From: Octopus sinensis | Taxonomy: Eukaryota | Length of the DNA stretch: 31,484 nucleotides | Direction: 5' to 3' | Assembly (NCBI RefSeq): GCF_006345805.1 | Contig: NW_021832218.1 | Location: 1-31,484, forward strand | In this document: positions 22,201 through 31,484 of the stretch, one piece after another | How positions within the stretch are numbered: the first letter of the stretch is position 1 | How the letters are laid out: the number at the start of each line of letters is the position of its first letter | The notes under the pieces: model-generated | Told to the model about the DNA's origin: nothing | Databases searched by the model: none | Seen by the model: only the letters and a program-made list of their open reading frames with translations | Translations under genes and position numbers: made by a program

Positions 22201-23186
22201 TTATGTTATTATTTTTTATGTAAAGTTTTATTATTTACATATAGATATATATTATATATGTGTGTGTATGTATATATATGTGTGTGTGTATATATATATA
22301 TGTGTGTTTGTGTTTCATGTTCGTCTTGTTGCGTTGCATTCTTTCTTCTGTGCTGGCTTATTCGGAGCGGATCTCAGAATTAAACAGCCGAAATCTGCGA
22401 TGAGGGATCAGTTCTAACTGAAGAATGAAGGCTTGAATGACCCGTTTGTCTTTTGTTCGTCCCTTCGTGTATTTCACGTTATTTATTTGTAAAGGTTTAT
22501 TATATTTTCGCAGCGTACGTGCATAATAACTTCTTTATGTTATCATACCCAAACCCCATCACGATGTCTTTAAAATATTTTGCTTTCTCGCATTGCTTCG
22601 TTGCCAAATTGTTTTGGCGCCTTTTCTCCCAGCCTCTCTGATTCCTTCTCTCCCTCTCTCTCTTGATCACTGCTCTTCTCTATTCCTTCTCTCCCCACCT
22701 CTCTCTCTCTCTCTCTCTTCTCGGTCACTGCTTCTGTCTCGCCTTCTACCCTCCTTCTACCCTCCTTGTTCCCCTGTCTCTCTTAGTCCTTCCTCTCTCT
22801 ACCCCTTGCGACTTGCTGCCTCAGCCATTCTGTTAATCGGCCACGTGTTCAACATGTGTCTTATCACCGAAAAGGGTAATTATTTTTCCACGCTTGCTTA
22901 TATTGTTTTTGTGTGTCCCTTTTTGTGCTAAAGCCGTAGGGCGCCGGGATCATCCTGGTTTTAACCGTTACTGTCTCCAAAAAGATTTTTCGTTTCATGT
23001 TCGTCTCTGTTGCGTTGCATTCTTTCCTTCTGTGGCTGGCTGATTCGGAAGCGGATCTCAGAATTGAAAGGCCGAAATCTGCGATGAGGGATCAGTTTCT
23101 GACTGAAGAATGAAGGCTTTGAATGACCCGTTTGTCTTTTTGTTCGTCCCTTCGTGTATTTCACGTTATTTATTTATGTAAAGGTT

Positions 23187-23228
<42 letters not shown>

Positions 23229-23351
23229 GTATGTATGTATATATATATATATGTATGTATATTTATATATGTATATATATATATGTGTGTATGTATATAT
23301 ATATGTGTGTGTATGTATATATATATATGTGTGTTGTATGTATATATATAA

Positions 23352-26075
23352 TGATTGATGATTGATTGATTGATGATTGATTCTAGTTTCAGCTATGAGC
23401 TGTGGCAATGCTGGGGCACCGCCTTGGTGTTGCTACACTGGTTTCACTTCATGGAGGCTTTCTGCAACTGCTATTTGGTGCATGAGAGAGTTCGATGAAG
23501 CTGCCCTCATCTGGCACCTCCTGCCGTGAAGTGTTAATCTGGGACACCTGACAGGAAGAGATCCAGCTTCATTTTAAAGACATATGTATCCACCCTATGC
23601 AGGTCTCTCAGGTTCTTCGGGAGGATATTGAAGAGCTGTGGGCCTCGGAAGCCCAGGCAGCAAACAGGAATTTGTCCTACATCTTGATGGCAGGTTTGGA
23701 ATCCTAGGCACCACGCAGTGGCGCCCAGTTCTGGCATTTGCGTAACTCTCGATGCCAAAGTTCAGGACACTTCCCTCCAGGATCTTCCAGATGTATATTA
23801 TGGCATATCTTCCCGCCTACGCTCCAGGGAATATAATTTTAATCTCTTGAGTCTTTCCCAGTAGCTTACATTCTGCATAGAGGCTATCTTCTTTGTGTAG
23901 CTTCGTTGGATCGCTCTCAAGTTCTGTGATCAACTTGACACTGGATGGTGACCATAGCTGAGAGCAATAGTCAAAGTGGCTTAGGACAAGTGTCTTCCAG
24001 AGGACCATCATGGTTTTTGTTCTCTTGTTCTAAAGGTTCTCAGAATCCATCCAGCCAGCCGTCTACATTTCATTGTCAGTTTAGCAACATGTACATGAAA
24101 GGTCGCGTCATCACTCATGTGAATACCCAGGTCACGCACTGATTGTGCCTCTGGGATTGCAAATCCTCCGTGTCCAGTGTATTCATTGGGTATTGCATTA
24201 GTTTTGCATGCTGATAGTATAAAGCTTGAAACTTTCCAGCATTGAACTGCATGCTATTGTTTTTAGCCCACTTGTATATTTCGTCCAGCTCACATTGCAG
24301 GTGTTTAGTGTCCTCAGGGTTCTGTATTGCCTGTGAAACTTTGTATCGTCTGCATAACTTGTGATCGTGGCTCTCTGCGTAGCTGAGGGCATGTCTGAGA
24401 GGGCCATTATGAACTGTAGTGGTCCCAGAACAGTGCCCTGCGGAACACCGCTCACTATTTGTGTGTTAATGGAGGTGGCCCCATGGCTACTACCACCTGA
24501 CTTCTATCCTTCAGAAAGTCATGAAGCCATTCTCCCAGTTTTCCAACTATGTTGAGATCACGCAGTTTGTGACATATCATTCCATGATCGATTATCAAAG
24601 GCCTTTGCAAAGTCGAGATATATCACTTCCACATTTGAGTGGTTGAGCAGCCGTTCAGCACCCAGTCATAGTGTTGTAGGAGCTGAGTTAAACAGCTTCT
24701 GCCTGGTCGGAAACCATGTTGGGTGTCGGGCAGCAAGTCATTCTCTTCAAGGAGGGTGATCAGCTTCCTTCTGACTATTCGTTCCATGACCTTGCTGATG
24801 TGTGAGGTCAGAGAGATAGGTCTATAGTTCTTGGCTTCCGCTCTGCTACCCCTTTATGAATGGGGCATATTTTACCTTCCTTCAGTTTTCCTGGAAGTTT
24901 GCCAGCTGCAAGGAAATCTGAAAGAGGAACTGCAGTGGTCTTGCTAGGACTCTCTTACATGCTTTTAGGAGGATTGCCGGGAATCCATCGGGGCCAGTAG
25001 CTGAGTCTGTTTTCATTTCATCTATAGCCTTGGTTACATCGTCTTCCTTTATATCGATGTAATCTATCGTCGCCGCCTCTGATTTTATATCTGCAGTGGT
25101 AAAAAAAGTCAGTTGGATTGGTGATTTGGAGATGCCCAAGGGGTGGAGTGAAAACACTCTTGAATTGCTCATTCAGTATTTCACTTACCCTCATTGGTTT
25201 TCCTGTAGTGTGCCATCCTTTTCGAGGAGTGGCCCTATTCTACAGTGCACTGTAGCTGTTCTTTCGCATACTGTAGAAAGCTCTGGGGTTAGATTTTATG
25301 TTTCTATAGCCCAGGCTTCTTTGTCTGCTCTTCTTTTTCATGGAGAGTTGCAGACATTTTTTGATTTCCAACAGTTTTATTTTTAGGCGGGGACTTTTCA
25401 CTGCTTTCAATCTGTTTGTTTAGGCGATTTGAAAATTTCGTACGCCGTCTCATTAAAATTTTCCTCTCTCTGGGGATTTTGTTTTTGTGTACAGTGGCCT
25501 TTCTCTCTGGGACACATTTGTAGCATATGGCTTGCATTACAGACATGAATTGTTGAAGTTTCACGTCGATGTCTGGTGAGGAGAGACATTTAGCCAGTTT
25601 TGTTTGAGGATCTCTTTCTCAATTTGTTTCCAGTTTGCCTTATGGTAGTTCAAGCTGGAAAGATTTTGAGGGTTTCTTGTAGGCTGCATGTCCGTGCTCT
25701 CTTTTGGCCCGTACATGGTCAGCTCTATCATGTTGTGATCCGAGAGTAGTGTCGGTGTCACTTTCACATTATGGATGAGATCCATGTCATTTGTGAAGCA
25801 GAGATCCAGTGTGTTACCTGCCCTGGTTGGTTGGAGTATTACCTGCTCCATGTACAGGGTGTTGATGAGGTTCAGGAGGGACCTCGCCTGTCCTCGTTCA
25901 CATTTGTCATTCCTGGGAGAGAAAGGCCCTCGGGCCATCTGACATTGGGAGATTGAAGTCTCCCATAAGAAGCACACCTATGTGTGTTCTAATGTGGTTA
26001 GAATTTCTTCTATTTTTATAAGGCAGTCTTCAAATTGCCCACATGGCTTGGGGCATCTGGAGGGCGATATGTAGT
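23352..26075 (-). mobile_element. CR1/L2-type LINE, copy 2 (same family as 15690), extending into the APE endonuclease
   Basis: (AATC)n tail; RT motifs GVPQGTVLGP and YADD; endonuclease motifs YRPP, GDFNLP, TRAGNTLDLCFTN, SDH. Confidence 0.92.
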
Positions 26076-27532
26076 AGTACACATAATAACATATATATGT
26101 TATTATTTATTTATCTAAAGGTTTACTATATACACATATATATATATGTATGTGTGTATGTATATATATGTGTGTGTGTGCATGTATATATATCTGTGTG
26201 TGTATGTATATATATGTGTGTGTGTATGTATATATATATATATGTTATTATTTATTTATGTAAATGTTTATTATATACATATATATTTATATGTGTGTGT
26301 GTATGTATATATATATATATATGCTATTATTTATTTATCTAAAGGTTTATTATATACATATATATATATATATGTATGTGTGTATGTTTATATATTTGTG
26401 TGTGTGTATGTATATATATGTGTGTATGTGCATGTATATATATGTGTGTGTGTATGTATATATATATATATATATATATATGTTATTATTTATTTATGTA
26501 AAGGTTTATTATATACATATATATATATATATGTGTGTGTGTATGTATATATATATATATAGTTATTTATTTATGTAAAGGTTATTATATACATATATAT
26601 ATATGTATGTGTGTATGTATATTATATATGTGTGTGGTATGTATATATATATGTGTGTGTGTGTTTCATGTTCGTCTCTGTTGCGTTGCATATTTCCTTC
26701 TGTGGCTGGCTGATTCGGAGCGGATCTCAAAATTAAAAAGCCGAAATCTGCGATGAGGGTCAGTTTCTGACTGAAGAATGAAGGCTTTGAATGACCCGTT
26801 TGTCTTTTTGTTCGTCCCTTCGTGTATTTCACGTTATTTATTTATGTAAAGGTTTTTATATATTTCGCAGCGTACGTGCAATAATAACTTCTTTATGTTT
26901 ATCATATCAAACCCCCTGCACGATGTCTTTAAACTATTTTCTTTCCTTCGCCATTGCTTCGTTGCCAAATTGTTTAGGCGCCTTTTTCTCCCAGCCTCTC
27001 TGATTCCTTCTCTCCCTCTCTCTCTCTCTTGATCACTGCTTCTTCTCTGATTCTTTCTCTCCCCCTCTCTCTCTCTCTCGGTCACTGCTTCTGTCCTCGC
27101 CTTCTACCCTCCTTGGTCCCCTCTCTCTCTTAACCCCTCCTTTCTCTTACTCTCTTGCGACTTGCTGCCTCAGCCATTCTGCTTCCATCGGCCACTTGTT
27201 CAACATGTGTCTTATCACCGAAAAGGTAATTATTTTCCACGCTTGCTGATATTGTTTTGTGTCTCTTTTTGTGTGTAAAGCCATAGGTGGTGTGTGTCAT
27301 CCATGTTTTTAACCGTTGCTGTCTCCAAAAAAGATTTTTCATTTCATGTTCGTCTCTGTTGCGTTGCATTTTCCTTCTGTGTCTGGCTGATTCGGAGCGG
27401 ATCTCAGAATTGAACGGCCGAAATCTGCGATGAGGGATCAGTTTCTGACTGAAGAATGAAGGCTTTGAATGACCCGTTTGTCTTTTTGTTCGTCCCTTCG
27501 TGTATTTCACGTTATTTATTTATGTAAATGTT

Positions 27533-27584
<52 letters not shown>

Positions 27585-29240
27585 ATATATATATACATAT
27601 ATATATATATATGTGTATGTATGTATATATGTATGTATGTATGTATGTATATATGTATATATATATGTGTGTATGTATATATATATGTGTGTGTATGTAT
27701 ATATATATATGTGTGTGTGTGTATGTATATATGTGTGTGTATGTATATATGTATGTGTGTGTGTATGTATATATATATATGTGTGTATGTATATATATGT
27801 GTGTTTGTGTGTGTATGTATATATATGTGTGTGTGTGTGTGTAAGTGTATATATGTGTGTTTGTGTGTGTGTGTGTATGTATATATATGTGTGTGTATGT
27901 ATATATATGTGTGTGTGCATGTATATATATATATATGTGTGTGTATGTATATATATGTGTGTGTGTATATATATATATATGTTATTATTTATTTATCTAA
28001 AGGTTTATTATATACATCTATATATATATGTGTGTGTATGTATATATATGTGTGTGTGTATGTATATATATATGTATGTGTGTGCATGTATATCTATGTG
28101 TGTGTGTATGTATATATATATATATGTTATTATTTATTTATCTAAAGGTTTATTATATACATATATATATATATATGTATGTGTGTATGTATATATATGT
28201 TTGTGTGTATGTATATATATATATGTTATTATTTATTGATGTAAAGTGTTATTATATATATATATATGTATGGTGTATGTATATATATTGGTGTGGTGTG
28301 TATTGTATATATATGTGTGTGTGTGTGTTTCATGTTCGACTCTGTTGCGTTGCATTCTTTCTTTCTTTGGCGGCTGATTCGGAGCGGATCTCAGAATTAA
28401 ACAGCCGAAATCTGCGATGAGGGATCAGTTCTGACTGAAGAATGAAGGCTTTGAATGACCGTTTGTCTTTTTATTCGTCCCTTCGTGTTTTTCACGTTAT
28501 TTTTTATGTAAAGTTTTATTATATATTTCGCATCGTACGTGCATTATAACTTCTTTATGTTTATCATATCAAAACCCCTGCACGATGTCTTTAAACTATT
28601 TTCTTTCCTTCGCTATTGTTTCGTTGCCAAATTGTTTTGGCGTCTTTTTCTCCCAGCCTCTCTGATTCCTTCTCTCCCTCTCTCTCTTGATCACTGCTTC
28701 TTCTCTGATTCCTTCTCTCCCTCTCTCTCTCTCTCGGTCACTGCTTCTGTCCTCGCCTTCTACCCTCCTTGGTCCCATCTCTCTCTTAGCCCCCTTCTCT
28801 CTCTTAGTCCCCTTCTCTCTCTTACCCTGTTGCGACTTGCTGCCTCAGCCATTCTGTTTCCATCGGCCACTTGTTCAACATGTGTCTTATCACCGAAAAG
28901 GTAATTATTTTCCACGCTTGCTGATATTGTTGTGGTCTCTCTTTTTGTTTTTGTTAAAGCCATAGGGCGCCTGTGTCATCCATGTTTTAGCCGCTACTGT
29001 CTCCCGAAAAGATTTTTCGTTTCATGTTCGTCTCTGTTGCGTTGAATTCTTTCCTTCTGTGGCTGGCTGATTCGGAGGGATCTCAGAATTAGACAGCCGA
29101 AATCTGCGATGAGGGATCAGTTCTGACTGAAGAATGAAGGCTTTGAATGACCCGTTTGTCTTTTTGTTCGTCCCTTCGTGTATTTCACGTTATTTTTATG
29201 CAAATGTTTTAATATATATATATATATATATATTATAATA

Positions 29241-29300
<60 letters not shown>

Positions 29301-29304
<4 letters not shown>

Positions 29305-29804
29305 AACATTTGCATATAAATAAATATATAAATTGAGGGAGATAAATATATATATAAATTGAGGGAGATAAATTAATATTAATTTTATATCAATTTAAAA
29401 ACCAGTAGTCCAGCATTCAAAAAATCTGAGGAGTCAGAGAAAATTCAAATATATGTGTATATTGGCAGGGCTGGCCTGCTAGGAGCCGGCCAGAATGCTA
29501 GAAGAAGATCATCAACGATCAAACTGCAAGGGAAATTCTCTAGGGAAGAATTCAGCGATCACCAGAACCAAATTGGCGGGCAGGACATATGAAAAATTAA
29601 ATAAAAAACAGACTTAAATGCATACCTCGGTTTCGGTCTTAACAAAAGAATTACTTGCATAATTCAAATGTCCGTGACTTTATCAGTACATTCGGTCCTC
29701 GAGATGTAAACCGCAAGACTAACCCCAGCTCTCTGTGTCAAGACAGACACGTGCTTAGTCTTACTGATTACATCGGGAATAAAATTTCAAATGTCTTGGT
29801 TCTG
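29301..29804. other. Unassigned insert in a (TA)n tract of the macrosatellite spacer
   Basis: Present in only one unit; begins with AATTGAGGG plus an AT-rich run similar to 13735-13765. Confidence 0.5.
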
Positions 29805-29845
29805 ATATATATATATATATGTATGTATATATGTATATATGTATG

Positions 29846-29877
<32 letters not shown>

Positions 29878-31051
29878 TGTGTATGTATATATATATGTGT
29901 GTGTGTGTATATATATATATGTGTGTGTGTGTATGTATATATGTATGTGTGTGTGTTGTATGTATATATATGTGTGTGTGTGTATGTATATATATGTGTG
30001 TGTGTGCATGTATATATATGTGTGTGTGTGTATGTATATATATATATATATGTGTATTATTTATTTATGTAAAGGTTTATTATATACATATATATATATA
30101 TGTGGGGTATGTATATATATAATATATATATGTTATGTATTATTTATTTATCTAAAGTTTATTTATATACATATATATATATATTGTATGTGTGTATGTA
30201 TATATATGTGTGTGTGTATGTATATATATATATATAATATTATGTATTATTTATTATGTAAAGGTTTATATATACATATATATATATATGTACGTGTGTA
30301 TGTATATATATGTCTGTGTGTGTGTATGTATATATATGTGTGTGTGTGTTTCATGTTCGTCTCTGTTGTGTTGCATTCTTTCCTTCTGTGGCTGGCTGAT
30401 TCGGAGCGGATCTCAGAATTAAACAGCCGAAATCTGCGATGAGGGATCAGTTTCTGACTGAAGAATGAAGGCTTTGAATGACCCGTTTGTCTTTTTGTTC
30501 GTCCCTTCGTGTATTTCACGTTATTTATTTATGTAAAGATTTATTATATTTCGCAGCGTACGTGCATAATAACTCTCTTATGTTATCATATCAAAACCCC
30601 TGCACGATGTCTTTTAAACTATTTCTTTCCTTCGCCATTGCTTCGTTGCCAAATGTTTTGGCGCCTTTTTCTCCCAGCCTCTCTGATTCCTTCTCTATCT
30701 CTCTCACTTGATCACTGCTCTTCTCTGATTCCTTCTCTCCCTCTCTCTCGGTCACTGCTTCTGTCCTCGCCTTCTACCCTCCTTGGTCCCCTCTCTCTCT
30801 TAGCCCCTCCTCTCTCTTACCCTCTTGCGACTTGCTGCCTCAGCCATTCTGTTTCCATCGGCCACTTGTTCAACATGTGTGTATGTATATATGTGTGTGT
30901 TTGTGTGTGTATGTATATATATATATGTGTGTGTGTGTGTAAGTATATATATGTGTGTTTGTGTGTGTGTGTGTATGTATATATATATGTGTGTATGTAT
31001 ATATATGTGTGTGTGTGCATGTATATATATGTGTGTGTATTTATATATATA

Positions 31052-31084
<33 letters not shown>

Positions 31085-31215
31085 GTTATTATTTATTTAT
31101 GTAAAGGTTTATTATATACATATATATATATGTATGTGTGTATGTATATATATATGTGTGTGTGTATATATATATATATATGTTATTATTTATTTATGTA
31201 AGGTTTATTATATAT

Positions 31216-31484
31216 GTTAGTTAGTTAGTTAGTAGTTAGTTAGTTAGTTAATTGGCTCAAAAGCAAATAGCAAGGCCATGTAGGGGGACATGGAGTAAGT
31301 ACAGTGGTGGTGTTCACTGTAAAGAGTTCAGGCCACTTGAGGTCAAGGGAGGCTTCGACAAAGCGGTCGTCGGCATCATCTTCACCATCTCATCTGGCAG
31401 CTTGTTCCACGGATCCGCAACCCGACGGAGAAAGCTCCTCTCCTTCGATTGAGATGAAATCGTCGCAGGTAGAGCTTTTCGGAA
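31216..31484 (-). mobile_element. 3' end of a different CR1-family LINE with (AACT)n tail, continuing beyond the window
   Basis: Minus strand RRRGAFSVRVADPWNKLPDEMV matches the CR1 C-terminal RRxxFSxRVxxxWNxLP motif. Confidence 0.8.

Larger units (their letters stand above)
17681..31215. repeat. Macrosatellite of ~1.6 kb: microsatellite spacer + B (~195 bp) + A (~420-490 bp) + B, about 7 units, first and last partial
   Basis: First-B starts at ~19090, 20716, 22312, 26663, 28327, 30348; second-B starts at 17732, 19688, 21331, 22992, 27341, 29019. Confidence 0.92.

Noticed and set aside
29740-29780. Decayed hammerhead on the minus strand (…AAGC ACGT GTC)
   Set aside because: At least four core positions deviate and stem I is not adjacent.
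19090-30880. B-A-B blocks as independent LTR elements
   Set aside because: No TG...CA ends, PBS, PPT or TSD, and B variants track position rather than unit.
17681-31215. CRISPR-like repeat-spacer array
   Set aside because: Repeats are ~195 bp, spacers are homologous low-complexity DNA, the context is eukaryotic and there are no cas genes.
429-31220. Dozens of C/V/Y/I/M/H/T-rich ORFs in the supplied track
   Set aside because: They are translations of TG/TA/TATG/CATA microsatellites, which lack stop codons in several frames.

Overview
Eukaryotic, apparently gene-free, repeat-saturated DNA. The SINE families and TATG/CATA microsatellites look to me like octopus (coleoid cephalopod); this is recognition from memory, not a search result. 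Layout: (1) 1-2.5 kb: SINEs, an RTE-like LINE tail and microsatellites. (2) Two same-orientation copies of one compact Ty3/Gypsy element (2517-6840, 7968-12775). Both carry the same ~555-bp antisense copy of their own RT inserted in the protease. The complete copy lacks a TGG-type primer-binding site; its LTR is followed directly by a 12-nt exact complement of the 5' end of tRNA-Phe. (3) 13.3-15.7 kb: nested fold-back palindromes, two with Penelope-type minimal hammerhead ribozyme motifs on both strands (one canonical, one with a G3-C8 swapped core). (4) CR1/L2-type LINE fragments on the minus strand. (5) 17.7-31.2 kb: a ~1.6-kb B-A-B macrosatellite interrupted by a Helitron, a LINE and an unknown insert. 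Single-base indels are frequent, so some frameshifts and possibly some fold-backs could be long-read assembly artefacts. Most ORFs in the supplied track are microsatellite translations.
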